Assembly: GCA_040218735.1 (NCBI GenBank)
Contig: JAVJQW010000019.1
Location: forward strand, 160,001 to 224,000
Length of the DNA stretch: 64,000 nucleotides
Reading direction: 5' to 3'
Source: Deltaproteobacteria bacterium
GTDB taxonomy: Bacteria; Myxococcota; Kuafuiibacteriia; Kuafuiibacteriales; Kuafuiibacteriaceae
Shown here: positions 51,778 to 64,000 of the stretch, piece by piece
Layout of the letters: each line of letters opens with the position of its first letter
Position numbering within the stretch: position 1 is the first letter of the stretch
Translations under genes and position numbers: made by a program
Notes under the pieces: generated by a model
Seen by the model: only the letters and a program-made list of their open reading frames with translations
Databases searched by the model: none
What the model was told of the DNA's origin: nothing

Positions 51778-51838
51778 GTCAGGGGTATCGGCGTCGGCGG
51801 CGCGATCGTCCGTGACAGCGTTTGACCGAAGCTGAGCG

Positions 51839-52177
51839 TCAGCGCGCGGCGCGGAGCGCGACCATCGACTGGCCGCCGTTCAGGAGCTCACGCAGACGCG
51901 CGAACACCTTGGCGTCACCGCCCCAGCGAAAGAGCGTGCCGGGGTTCGAAGCGTCGAACGCACCCGTCCCGATCGCTTCCAGCGTCGCGGTGTTGCAGAG
52001 GATCGAGAGATCACAGCCCGCGCGGTAGCGGCGCTCGATGACCTCGGACTTGCGGGTGTCGACCGTGAAGCCCGCCCCATCGACGACGGCGAACGCGATC
52101 GAGAAGTGGTCGCGCACGAGGCCGCGCCGCGGGGCGAGCGCGGAGCGGAGCGCGACGACGAACGCCTCGACGCTCAA
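51839..52177 (-). CDS. Small SCP2-like (sterol-carrier fold) protein
   Basis: TTG start overlapping the upstream TGA; F.VD...CDL.I.C...TL..I..G.FD...F.WGGD pattern resembles SCP2. Confidence 0.5.
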   Translation of the reverse strand: MSVEAFVVALRSALAPRRGLVRDHFSIAFAVVDGAGFTVDTRKSEVIERRYRAGCDLSILCNTATLEAIGTGAFDASNPGTLFRWGGDAKVFARLRELLNGGQSMVALRAAR

Positions 52178-53697
52178 TCGCGCACCTCGATCTTCGCGAG
52201 CGGCGCGAGCGCTTCGGCGAGCTTGGCGCGTGCGTCGACCGCGGCGGTGAGTTTGTCGGTGAGCGTGGTGCGAACGTCGTCGAGGAGCGACCCCATCGTG
52301 GTGCCACCGCGTTCGATCTCGTCGCGCGCGCGGAGGTACCCGAGGCCACCGTCCTCGCTCGGGGACGCAGCGGCGAGGATGTTCGCGAGGTTGCGGAGCG
52401 ATTGCGGGCTCAGCGACGCGAAGGGGATCGGGCGCTCGTCGTTGGGGCGCTTCAGCCCCTCGGCCGAAACCTCGTGCTGCCCCCACCGGGTCTCGAAGAC
52501 GTACGACGCGACGGGCCCGTCGGCGGGGTGCGCCTGGATCGCCGAGATCGCGCGCGGCGCAAGCTCATCGTCGGCACCAAACGAGAGCCCGTAGGGATCT
52601 TCGTCCCGCAGCTCGTCGAGCTGACGACCGAGGCTCGCCTCCACGAGGTGGAGCGCGTAGTGCTCGACGAGTCGGTTCACCAGCGCCGGCGCCGACCCGG
52701 CCGCGAGGAAGTGGTCGCGCAGCTCGGGCTGATCGAGACCCTCCTCGATCGCGCGGAGCATCATCAACGCGGCGACGACCGTACCCGGCGCGCCGACCTG
52801 CTCGAACACGACACGATCGAGCTTCCCTTCGGGGCCGAGCGCGGCGAGCGCGGCCGACAGCGTCGAGGCGTTCTGCTCGACGAGCTCCGGATGGTCTCCC
52901 AGCCGCGCCAACACATCGCGCACGTCGTAGGGCGCGTCGTGCGGCTCGGCCGGCGACTCGAGGTCGCTCATCTGCTGAAGCGCGAGGCCGAGCGCGTCGA
53001 TGTCGGCCGGGTTCATCTCGCCGGGCGGACGCGCGACGTCGAGCCGACCAGGCTCGTCGAGGATGACGCGGCCGGCTTCGACGCGCGCCTGCTTCGCTTC
53101 GAGGATCGACGAGAGCGCGGCGTGGGCGTCGGAGAGGATCGTGCCGATGGCCTGGTCGGTGATCCCGCGGAGGCGCGTCGTGAGCGGGTCGTCGCCGTGG
53201 CGCATCGCGTTATCGATCGCGTGGAGCGTCGCTTCGAGCGCCTCGGGGTTCCAGCCCTGCGCCTCGCTGACGTCGAGCGCGCCGTCGTCATCGCGACGGA
53301 TGGCGATGCCCGAGCGCTGCTCGAGCGAGAACCCGTCCGCCGTGACGTCGAAGACGGCCGGGCCACCGTAGAACGGGTTTTGGCCGAAGTCGGCTTCGCG
53401 CAGCACGGCGCGAATGTCGTCGGTCTCCTCGAAGAGCCCCCGCAGAAACGCGCCGATGTTCTGCGACATCCGGGCTTGCGCCGCGTGGGAGGGGCGCGCG
53501 TCGAGGAGCATCAAGGTCGCGAGCATGGCGCGCTCGCCGTCGCTCAGATCGGCCGCGTTGAGCGCGCGAAGGCTGACGTCGGGCTCACGGACCGCCGCCT
53601 GGAGGTAGGTGAGGTCGTCGGCCGAGAGCCTGGAGACGCCGACGTTCTCGAGCAGCGCTTCGCGGAGCGCCTGGTCGGTGTGGAACGGGATCGCCAT
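52174..53697 (-). CDS. Hypothetical helical protein, paralog A
   Basis: Shares RAMLATL, GR..LD.PG.LD..RP.GEM..ADIDA and GGLGYLRAR..IERGG with 50353-51777. Confidence 0.8.
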   Translation of the reverse strand: MAIPFHTDQALREALLENVGVSRLSADDLTYLQAAVREPDVSLRALNAADLSDGERAMLATLMLLDARPSHAAQARMSQNIGAFLRGLFEETDDIRAVLREADFGQNPFYGGPAVFDVTADGFSLEQRSGIAIRRDDDGALDVSEAQGWNPEALEATLHAIDNAMRHGDDPLTTRLRGITDQAIGTILSDAHAALSSILEAKQARVEAGRVILDEPGRLDVARPPGEMNPADIDALGLALQQMSDLESPAEPHDAPYDVRDVLARLGDHPELVEQNASTLSAALAALGPEGKLDRVVFEQVGAPGTVVAALMMLRAIEEGLDQPELRDHFLAAGSAPALVNRLVEHYALHLVEASLGRQLDELRDEDPYGLSFGADDELAPRAISAIQAHPADGPVASYVFETRWGQHEVSAEGLKRPNDERPIPFASLSPQSLRNLANILAAASPSEDGGLGYLRARDEIERGGTTMGSLLDDVRTTLTDKLTAAVDARAKLAEALAPLAKIEVRD

Positions 53698-53782
53698 GGG
53701 GACCGGCGTCGTTATCGGCGACCCCGCGCACCGCGTTGCGCGCTTTCCCCGATCTCCCCTGAGCGTCCCCGAGACTTTCGGC

Positions 53783-54736
53783 TCAGCTCCAGTCGAGCAT
53801 CCGCTGCAGCGGCTCGAGCGCCTTCACCCGCAGCGCTTCGTCCATCTCCAGGGACGGGCTTTGCAGGCGCATGCACAGGTACAGCTTCTCCAGCGTGTTG
53901 AGCTTCATGTGCGGGCACTCGTTGCAGGCGCACGAGGAGTCGGGCGGCGCCGGGATGAACGTCTTGCCCTGCCCCTCCGTGAGCTTCTCCATCTGGTGGA
54001 TGATGCCGGGCTCCGTCGCGATGATGAGCTCCTTCACCTCGGTGTCGACGACGAAGTTCAGGATGGAGCGCGTCGACCCGATGTGGTCGGCGTGATTCAG
54101 CACCGACGCCTCACACTCGGGGTGCGCGACGACGAGCGCGTCCGGGTGGCGCACCTTCAGCTGGAGCAGCTTCTTCTCGGAGAAGATCTCGTGCACCTGA
54201 CACGACCCGGGCCACAGCAACATGTCCCGCCCGGTCTCGCGGATGAGGTAGCGACCGAGGTGCTGGTCCGGCGCGAAGAGGATCGGTTTGTCGGCGGGGA
54301 TGCGGTCGACGATCTTCTTCGCGTTCGACGACGTGACGATGACGTCCGACAGCGCCTTCACCCGCGCCGAACAGTTCACGTACGTGACGACGTAGTGATC
54401 CGGGTGCTGCTTGCAGAACGCCTCGAAGGCGTCGGGCGGGCAGCCGTCCGCGAGTGAGCAGCCGGCCTTCATGTCCGGGAGCAACACGAGCTTGCTCGGG
54501 TTCAGGATCTTCGCGGTCTCCGCCATGAAGTGGACGCCGCAGAAGACGATCGTGTCGGCCTTCGTCTTCGCCGCCTCCTGCGCGAGCTGCAACGAGTCGC
54601 CGATGAAGTCCGCGACGTCCTGGAGGTCCGGGTCCTGGTAGTAGTGCGCCAGGATGACGGCGTTGAGCTCCTTCTTCAGGTTGTCGATCTCGTCGAAGAG
54701 ATCACGGGTGGGGTCGATCGTCGCTGCGCTCACCAT
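53783..54736 (-). CDS. nadA: Quinolinate synthase A
   Basis: [52 protein letters not shown]. Confidence 0.96.
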   Translation of the reverse strand: MVSAATIDPTRDLFDEIDNLKKELNAVILAHYYQDPDLQDVADFIGDSLQLAQEAAKTKADTIVFCGVHFMAETAKILNPSKLVLLPDMKAGCSLADGCPPDAFEAFCKQHPDHYVVTYVNCSARVKALSDVIVTSSNAKKIVDRIPADKPILFAPDQHLGRYLIRETGRDMLLWPGSCQVHEIFSEKKLLQLKVRHPDALVVAHPECEASVLNHADHIGSTRSILNFVVDTEVKELIIATEPGIIHQMEKLTEGQGKTFIPAPPDSSCACNECPHMKLNTLEKLYLCMRLQSPSLEMDEALRVKALEPLQRMLDWS

Positions 54737-54738
54737 GG

Positions 54739-57612
<2,874 letters not shown>

Positions 57613-57689
57613 CCGGGCTGTTGATCTAGTGACTCGCCGGAGGCTCGGCAAGCGTTTACTGGAAGAATGATCAGGTCTTTGGGTGCGGG

Positions 57690-58115
57690 TCAGGTGGAGC
57701 CTTCGCCGGACTGGAGGGCGCGGATCTCGGGCTTCGAGTAGAGGCGGCCGCCGGGCGCGTCGAGCCCCGGGCAGTAGCGCTTCGTGTCCTCCCACGCGCG
57801 GTGGTCGTCGAGCAGCTCGTCCCAGAACGGAAAGGTTCGGCACTGCGACGGCTTCACGTCGTGGACGGAGCAGCCGAGGTCGGGGGTGAGGAGGGGGCAG
57901 CCGTTGCCGTCGGTGGCGTCGATCTCGAACTGCCCGCTGTTCGGATCCCACTCGAGGCCGAAGTCGGTCTTGAAGCGGCCGACGGTCATCCCGAGGTGCT
58001 CCGCGATGCGCTCGACCTCGACGAAGGTCATGAAGATGTAGCCGGGCTCGAGGCAGCAGTTGCCGCACTGCGTGCAGCCGAAGCGACGGCCATTGAGGAT
58101 CGGGAGGGGCGGCAC
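57690..58115 (-). CDS. YkgJ family cysteine-cluster protein
   Basis: [13 protein letters not shown]...[14 protein letters not shown]...CPG. Confidence 0.9.
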   Translation of the reverse strand: MPPLPILNGRRFGCTQCGNCCLEPGYIFMTFVEVERIAEHLGMTVGRFKTDFGLEWDPNSGQFEIDATDGNGCPLLTPDLGCSVHDVKPSQCRTFPFWDELLDDHRAWEDTKRYCPGLDAPGGRLYSKPEIRALQSGEGST

Positions 58116-58249
58116 GGCGCGATGATGATCCGGCGGACGCGGGATGGCCAGCCCGGAGGTCCGCCGGACGAACGCCGGACGAAGCGCGGGGCGATGAGGT
58201 GGTGCGCGGCGACACCGCGCTTGCGTTCGGGGACGCGCAAGAAGCGAAC

Positions 58250-59095
58250 GATGTTGTGCTCACCGGACTCGTCTTCGCCTGCGGAGGCGAACCGCGATCC
58301 GCTCCGATGGCGCCGGCGCTGGAGACGTGGGCGAAGGCGTCCGCTGCGAGGCCGGGGAGTGCGCGCCGCGGTGGCTCGTCGACGTGCGGGTCTGGCCGCA
58401 CGCGTTCGTCGTCGGGTCCTTCGTCGACTACTCGGAGGACGGGGGGAACGTGGACCGCGTGCCGGTGGAGGGCGGGTGGCCCTCGCCGGGCCTGGACGAG
58501 GTCAACGACTTCACCGCCCGAGGACGCTGGCTGTAGTCGGCGGTCTGGGAGGACCGGACGTCGTACCTGAACCAGACGGACGGGGCGACGCAGGAGGTCT
58601 TCCTGATCGACATGGCGTGCCTGGAGGTCGAGGCGACCGACGACGCCGTCTACTGCCTCTATCGCCTCTGGCTGACCCGTTTGCCGAGAGACGGGAGCCC
58701 GCCCACGGATCTGGAGCCCGTGGACGGCCTGAACCTGCACGCGTCGGAGTCGTTTGTGTGCTTGCGGTGGCCAGACGACGAGGCGCGGTGCCGGGGACAT
58801 CAGGGAGTCCGCCGGTGCGCATCGGCGGCTTGGACGTGATCGTCGTGATCGCGGGGGACGCGCTGTATTTCCTCGACGTGTCGGGCCGCCTCCGGCGCGC
58901 CGCGGTCCCGAGCGGTGAGGTGACGCTGGTCTACGACGGCGACGGCGAGCTGGGGATGAACGTCGACTCGATGCACTCCTCGACGTGTCGGGCCGCCTCC
59001 GGCGTGCTGCGGTCCCGAGCGGTGAGGTGACGCTGGTCTACGACGGCGACGGCGAGCTGGGGATGAACGTCGACTCGACGCACCTGTACTTCTAA
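58250..59095 (+). pseudogene. Degraded beta-propeller-like lipoprotein gene
   Basis: Lipobox-like GLVFAC, frameshift near 58330, in-frame TAG at 58534-58536, another shift near 58810, and an out-of-frame 107-bp duplication. Confidence 0.6.
58870..59083 (+). repeat. Tandem duplication, 2 x 107 bp
   Basis: tcctcgacgtgtcgggccgcc...gtcgactcga(t/c)gcac at 58870-58976 and 58977-59083, with 3 mismatches. Confidence 0.95.
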
Positions 59096-59268
59096 GAATG
59101 GAGCGGCGGTGAGCTGCGGGTGCAGCGGCTGGACTGGCGAGCGGGGCGATCGAGGCCTTCGCGACGGCACGGTCGGGGGACATCGTGGGCGGGACCCGCT
59201 GCAGATCCTCACGAAGTAGACGCGGTCATCGAGTGACGGCGGATCCCCATCGCGCTACGGGTCGGAGC

Positions 59269-59919
59269 GTGGACCGGCAGGCGCGACACGAGACGCTGTT
59301 GGAGCTGGAGCGCGAGGCGTGGTCGCGGCAAGTCGTGGTGGCCGGGCTCGACGAGGCCGGCGCGGGTCCGATCGCCGGCCCGATCGTCGCGGGGTGCGCG
59401 GTGATCGACGAGGCGGGAGCGGCCGAGCTCGTGGGGGTGGACGACAGCAAGTCGCTCTCCGCGAAGGCGCGGGCGGCGCACGCCGAGCGGATCCGCCAGC
59501 ACGCGGTGGCGTGGGCGGTGGCGGAGGCTTCGGTGCAGGAGATCGATCGCTACAACGTGCTGCGCGCCGGGCTGATGGCGATGCGGCGCGCGCTCGAGTC
59601 GGTGCAGGCGCAGGTTGAGGTTCAGGAGCTCTTCCTCGACGCGCGTGAGATCCCCGAAGTTCGGATGCCGCAACACAACCTCGTGAAGGGCGACGCGCGT
59701 TCGCTGTCGATTGCGGCGGCGTCGATCCTGGCGAAGGAGGCGCGCGACGCGATCATGGTCGGGGCGGGGGCGGAGCTTCCGGCGTACGGGTTCGAACGGC
59801 ATAAAGGGTATGGGACGGCCGAGCACCTCGCGGCGCTGCGGGCGCACGGGGCGACGGCTTGGCACCGTCGGTCGTTCGAGCCGCTGCGGACGATGTTGTC
59901 GCAGCTGTCGCTGTTCTGA
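59269..59919 (+). CDS. rnhB: Ribonuclease HII
   Basis: AGLDEAG.GP.AGP, DSK.LS, EID..N, KGD..S.SIAAASILAK..RD, HKGYGT..H, HRRSF. Start uncertain. Confidence 0.93.
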   Translation: MDRQARHETLLELEREAWSRQVVVAGLDEAGAGPIAGPIVAGCAVIDEAGAAELVGVDDSKSLSAKARAAHAERIRQHAVAWAVAEASVQEIDRYNVLRAGLMAMRRALESVQAQVEVQELFLDAREIPEVRMPQHNLVKGDARSLSIAAASILAKEARDAIMVGAGAELPAYGFERHKGYGTAEHLAALRAHGATAWHRRSFEPLRTMLSQLSLF

Positions 59920-59955
59920 GTGGCGCGCGCACCCCAGGTGCCTTGACCGGCGCGC

Positions 59956-61452
59956 TTGGGTACGATGGCGGCCGCCAGCCATGCGCGCCGAAACGAGGAA
60001 GAGCCGGTGGTGATGCCAGCGGCCGCGAGCGAGGGGCGCATCGGGCGCTACAAGCTCATCAAACGCCTCGCCGTCGGCGGGATGGCGGACATCTTCCTCG
60101 CGCAAGTCTTCGGCAAGCGGGGGTACGAGCGGACGGTCGTCGTGAAGACGATCCGGAGCGACCTCGTCGACGAGGAAGAGCTGATCGAGATGCTGATTCA
60201 GGAGGCGCGGATCGCTTCCTGCCTGCGGCACGACAGCATCGTCGAGATGATCGAGGTCGGCGAAGAGGCCGGCACGCACTTCCTCGCGATGGAGTTTGTG
60301 TTCGGTCGCGACCTCGGACAGATCCGCGATCGGTGCGCGGAGCTCGGGGTGCGGATCCCGCCGAAGCACCTGGTGACGATCGTCGCGGACGTGTTGGACG
60401 CGCTCCACCACGCCCACCACGAAGCCACGTTCGAGGGGCGACCGCTCGAGGTCATTCACCGCGACGTGTCGCCGCAGAACGTGCTCGTCGGTTTCGACGG
60501 GGGGGTGAAGCTCCTCGACTTCGGGCTCGCGAAGGCGGCGGCGCAGATCTCGCGCACGCGCGCGGGCGTGCTCAAAGGCAAGTACGCGTACATGTCGCCG
60601 GAGCAGGTGAACTTCAAGAACGTCGACCAGCGCGCGGACATCTTCAGCGCGGGCGTGGTGCTGTGGGAGATGCTGACGCAGCGGCGGTTGTTCTTTCGGT
60701 CGAGTGACTACGACACCGTGAAGGCGGTGATGGCGTGTCAGGTGCCGTTCCCGCGGGCGGTGCGACCGGACTTGCCGTGGGGGCTGTCGTGGGTCGCGTT
60801 CCGCGCGCTGCGGAAGGCGCCGCGGTGGCGTTACCGCGACGCGCGGAAGATGCGGGATGCGTTGTTGAAGTCGGACGCGCGAGACCGGGCGACGGCGCGG
60901 GACGAGCTGGCGGAGTGGATGGCGACGCTGTTCGAACGTCAGCTCGCGTCGCGGGACTTGGCGTTGACGCGTGCGCGGCACGATCCGGCGCGACACCGGC
61001 AGATTCTGGAGGCGGGGTTCGAGCTGCTCGAGGAGACGACGGATCCCGACTTGCGGATCAAACCGGCACCGCCACCGCCGGCGTCACCGAGCCGAGGTTC
61101 GGTCGCGGCGACCGGGGCGCTGGGGTTGGCGTCGGCGGTGCTCGGGACGTGGCGTTGGTTTGCGTTGGTGATGGCGGCGTTGGTGTTCTTGAGCGTGGCG
61201 GCGGGGATCTACATCGGGTCGGCGCAAGTCGCCGCGGACAACTACGGCTACCTGCACGTGTTTGCGGACTCCGAGGACGTGCAGATCGTGGTGGGCGGGA
61301 CGGAGGTCGGCGCGGCGCCGGTGCAGGAGATCGCGGTGTACCCGGGTCGGCATCGGATCGTCGGTAAGCGGGCGGACGAGCAGCGGACGATCGAGGTCGA
61401 GGTGCGGCCGGGGGAGAACAAGGTCGTGAAGCTGGAGTTCGAGGGGCCGTGA
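59956..61452 (+). CDS. Membrane Ser/Thr protein kinase with C-terminal PEGA domain
   Basis: AVGGMA, VVVK, HRDVSPQN, DFG, GKYAYMSPE; TM helix; G.APV...PG.H.I PEGA pattern. True start probably further downstream. Confidence 0.92.
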   Translation: MGTMAAASHARRNEEEPVVMPAAASEGRIGRYKLIKRLAVGGMADIFLAQVFGKRGYERTVVVKTIRSDLVDEEELIEMLIQEARIASCLRHDSIVEMIEVGEEAGTHFLAMEFVFGRDLGQIRDRCAELGVRIPPKHLVTIVADVLDALHHAHHEATFEGRPLEVIHRDVSPQNVLVGFDGGVKLLDFGLAKAAAQISRTRAGVLKGKYAYMSPEQVNFKNVDQRADIFSAGVVLWEMLTQRRLFFRSSDYDTVKAVMACQVPFPRAVRPDLPWGLSWVAFRALRKAPRWRYRDARKMRDALLKSDARDRATARDELAEWMATLFERQLASRDLALTRARHDPARHRQILEAGFELLEETTDPDLRIKPAPPPPASPSRGSVAATGALGLASAVLGTWRWFALVMAALVFLSVAAGIYIGSAQVAADNYGYLHVFADSEDVQIVVGGTEVGAAPVQEIAVYPGRHRIVGKRADEQRTIEVEVRPGENKVVKLEFEGP

Positions 61453-61493
61453 TCGTTGCTCCGCGCGAGCGATTCGGTTAGGCGGATCGCTCC

Positions 61494-61937
61494 ATGGCCA
61501 GCGCGCGGGAGTTGTTGCTCGAGCAGACGACGGACCGATTTGCGGAGATCATCTTCGCTTCGCCGAAGAAGTTCCGGGAGGAAGTGTTCCGTCGGGCGGG
61601 GGTGAAGGCGAAGAAGGGCGGCGCGTTTGCGCTCAGCAACGCGAAGAAGAACGCGGTGCGGGTGGAGAAGCTGCTCGGGTCGATGCAGGAAGGGGCGGAC
61701 GTTCCGGAGGAGATCCTCGCGGAGTTGATTCGCAACTACCTGTACACGAAGCGCGGGTTGCTGGCGGAGGCGCTGGACTTCTTCGAGGTCGAGCACGACG
61801 ACGGGCTGACGGATGCGGACCTCGACTTCCTCGAGGAGCTTCCGGCGGAGCGCGTGACGCAGCTTCGGGACATCCTCGAGAAGACGCACGACAAGGACGA
61901 TGTCGATCTCTACCTGCGGTTCATGAACGTGGGTTGA
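61494..61937 (+). CDS. Hypothetical protein
   Basis: Clean ORF with good codon bias; LDFFEVEHDDGL motif. Confidence 0.75.
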   Translation: MASARELLLEQTTDRFAEIIFASPKKFREEVFRRAGVKAKKGGAFALSNAKKNAVRVEKLLGSMQEGADVPEEILAELIRNYLYTKRGLLAEALDFFEVEHDDGLTDADLDFLEELPAERVTQLRDILEKTHDKDDVDLYLRFMNVG

Positions 61938-61939
61938 GG

Positions 61940-62737
61940 ATGGCGCGGTCGCCGAAGCGCCGCCTCGATGACGAGCTCGTAATCCGGGGGCTCGCGGAAG
62001 ATCTCAGAGTAGCGCGGGGGCTGATCATGGCCGGGAAGGTCGTGGTCGACGATGCGGTCTGTTCGAAGGCGGGGACGTCGGTGGCGGCGTCTGCCCGCGT
62101 GCACGTTCGTGGGCGGGCGATGAAGTTCGTGAGCCGGGGCGGGTACAAGCTGGAGGCGGCGCTAGAGCGGTTCGGGGTCGAGGTGGACGGACGCGTGGCG
62201 CTAGACGCGGGGGCTTCGACGGGAGGCTTCACGGACTGCTTGCTGCAGCGCGGCGCAGCGCGGGTCTACGCGGTGGACGTTGGGTTCGGTCAGCTACGTG
62301 GACGGCTGTCGACGGACCCGCGGGTGGTGAACCTGGAGCGAACGAACATCTCCGACGTGCGGACGGAGACGTTGTCGCCCGGGATCGATCTTGCGGTGGC
62401 GGACCTGTCGAACCTGTCGCTGCGTAAGGCGATTCCGATTCTGTGCGCGTTGTTCACAGATGCTCGCGTGGAGTTGGTGGTGTTGGTGAAGCCGCTTTTC
62501 GAGGGGCTGGAGCGGTCGGGGATGGAGTCGGCGTCGGCGTTGCTTACGACGGTGGAAGCGCTGATGGCGGATGTCGTCGCGGCAGGGCTCGGGGTTTCGG
62601 GTTTGATGGCCTCGCCGATTCGGGGAGGGCGTGCGTCGGTGGAGTTCTTGGCTTGGCTTCGTGCGGACGGGAATCGCGAGGTCGAAGAGGCGTGTCGGGC
62701 GGCGGTCGCCGAGATCCCTTCGGATTCTACTGAGTAG
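61940..62737 (+). CDS. tlyA: TlyA family rRNA 2'-O-methyltransferase
   Basis: S4 domain RLD..LV.RGL, FVSRGGYKL, DAGASTGGFTDCLLQRGA, AVDVG, LVKP.FE. Confidence 0.93.
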   Translation: MARSPKRRLDDELVIRGLAEDLRVARGLIMAGKVVVDDAVCSKAGTSVAASARVHVRGRAMKFVSRGGYKLEAALERFGVEVDGRVALDAGASTGGFTDCLLQRGAARVYAVDVGFGQLRGRLSTDPRVVNLERTNISDVRTETLSPGIDLAVADLSNLSLRKAIPILCALFTDARVELVVLVKPLFEGLERSGMESASALLTTVEALMADVVAAGLGVSGLMASPIRGGRASVEFLAWLRADGNREVEEACRAAVAEIPSDSTE

Positions 62738-62818
62738 AATGTTCGGATTTTTGCTCCGGACGGGGGCGGGTGGTAGCGGTAAGGATGAGGACCGCTGTTC
62801 GGTCGTCGGGAGTCTGGG

Positions 62819-63163
62819 ATGGGTCGACCGAGGAAGAATCGAGTCGGTGAGTACGCCGCGGCGCTGGGTGAGGAGCTCAGCTATCACATGCAGCTCGAGG
62901 TGACGAAGGCGGTCGAGGCATCGCAGAAGGTGTACCTCGAGGAGATCGCGGCGCTTCGACAGGAGATCCGGGCGCTATCCCAGCGGGTCGAGTCGCTCGG
63001 GAAGAAGGCGAAGGGTTCGCGGTCGCGGGTAGGGCGTTGGGTGCCGGGTGGGCCGGGGCGTCCTCCGAAGGACGCCGAAGACCGTATCGCGGCGTTCGAG
63101 GCGCGAAGCTCTCGGACGAAGAGTCAGCCGACCACCAAGAAGAAGAAGAAGTCGAAGTCCTGA
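62819..63163 (+). CDS. Small basic coiled-coil protein with AT-hook-like motifs
   Basis: N-terminal GRPRK, heptad region, PGRPPK, poly-Lys tail. Confidence 0.75.
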   Translation: MGRPRKNRVGEYAAALGEELSYHMQLEVTKAVEASQKVYLEEIAALRQEIRALSQRVESLGKKAKGSRSRVGRWVPGGPGRPPKDAEDRIAAFEARSSRTKSQPTTKKKKKSKS

Positions 63164-63165
63164 CC

Positions 63166-64000
63166 GTGAACCATCCGCTTTGGACGCTGCGGGACGATGA
63201 AGTAGGCGCCTACTACGAGGAGCGGGTTCTGGCTTGGCTCGGGTGGGATTTGGAGTCGGCGCCGGTGAACGAGCTGGCTTCGGCGTATCGGCAACTCTCG
63301 GAACAACTGAACCGGAGCGCCGGCGCAGCGCCGAGCGGGGAGTTTGCGGGTAAGGCGGACCTGGCGGTCCGGGCGCTAGTTTACGGTTGGCGCTCGGTGT
63401 TCGTAGCGCGGCGGCTGCTTCGCGGGGGCTCGGGGGTGCTCGTGGAGCTGGGGTCCGGGCTGGGTCCGTTTGGTCTGGTCGCAGGCGCGGCGGGGCGCCC
63501 GGTTCGGCTGGTGGACGCGGCGTCGAAGATTCTCGAAGAGGCGCCCGACTTCTTCGCTGCGTTCGACGTGGAGGCTCCGACGTTGGTGCGGGGCGATATG
63601 TCGAAGCATCTGGATGAGGGCGGCGAGGCGGTGCTGCCCTATTCGGCGCTGGAATGGGCGGGGTCTTCAGGGGCGCGACGGGATCGTTTGGTGCGGGCGT
63701 TGCGAAGTGGTCGCCTGTTGATCGTGGAACGAGGGACCAAAGAGGGGGGCGCGTTCGTTCAAGGCCTTCGGGATGGTGTTCAGGGTCGGGTCGGGGGTCC
63801 GTGCCCGGAGCGGAGCACTTGTGCGTTGGCGGAGCGCCCTAAGGATTGGTGCCATTTCACATGGTCTGTGCGCCCCGGGCCGCTCACGCAGCGGATCTCG
63901 GATAAGGCCGGGCGGCGTTGGAACGCGCTTCATGTGAGTTGGGTTCGATCGGGATCGCCAGGGCCGGATGGTGTGGTGCTGTGGAAGCGACCGGAGGGGA
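63166..64000 (+). CDS. Rsm22/METTL17-like SAM methyltransferase (partial, runs off window end)
   Basis: Absent from the ORF track. Hand translation from GTG 63166 stays open to the end and contains VELGSGLG, IVERGT and PCPERSTC...DWCHF. Confidence 0.75.
   Translation, partial: MNHPLWTLRDDEVGAYYEERVLAWLGWDLESAPVNELASAYRQLSEQLNRSAGAAPSGEFAGKADLAVRALVYGWRSVFVARRLLRGGSGVLVELGSGLGPFGLVAGAAGRPVRLVDAASKILEEAPDFFAAFDVEAPTLVRGDMSKHLDEGGEAVLPYSALEWAGSSGARRDRLVRALRSGRLLIVERGTKEGGAFVQGLRDGVQGRVGGPCPERSTCALAERPKDWCHFTWSVRPGPLTQRISDKAGRRWNALHVSWVRSGSPGPDGVVLWKRPEG

Noticed and set aside
58534-58536. Recoded TAG (pyrrolysine or read-through)
   Set aside because: TAG is a normal stop elsewhere in the window and the same gene has other lesions, so pseudogenisation is simpler.
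58870-59083. CRISPR array or IS ends
   Set aside because: Only two abutting 107-bp units with no spacers, cas genes or transposase.
59347-59370. RNase HII DEAGAG instead of DEAGRG
   Set aside because: Catalytic acidic residues are intact and this position appears to vary among homologs; not enough to claim altered function.

Overview
High-GC, densely coding bacterial DNA. Its gene content (five Hanks-type Ser/Thr kinases, many Cys-rich lipoproteins, a type IVa minor-pilin/PilY1 set, a DUF1501-type cytochrome cluster) points to a Myxococcota-like organism; this is an inference. Housekeeping genes recognised from motifs are moaA, moeB, gyrB, alr, slyX, nadA, uvrA, rnhB and tlyA. No rRNA, tRNA, CRISPR array, integrase or transposase was seen. 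Main observations: (1) a putative polymorphic-toxin locus at 19.4-23.7 kb, made of a large protein with a hydrophobic hairpin and C-terminal PD-(D/E)xK-like tip, a coupled immunity-like gene, a frameshifted orphan copy of the tip and a second, mosaic immunity paralog; (2) a minor-pilin/PilY1 cluster split by about 16.7 kb of accessory genes, where pilV and pilY1 share an identically spaced sigma54-like promoter architecture (CCTTGCA-N31-CTGG-N9-TGCAAG); (3) a PilY1 with an inserted Cys-rich segment and CUB-like domain; (4) two unknown paralogs of about 500 aa flanking an SCP2-like gene; (5) a small protein with two AT-hook-like motifs and a coiled coil. All calls come from reading motifs by eye; no database search was run.
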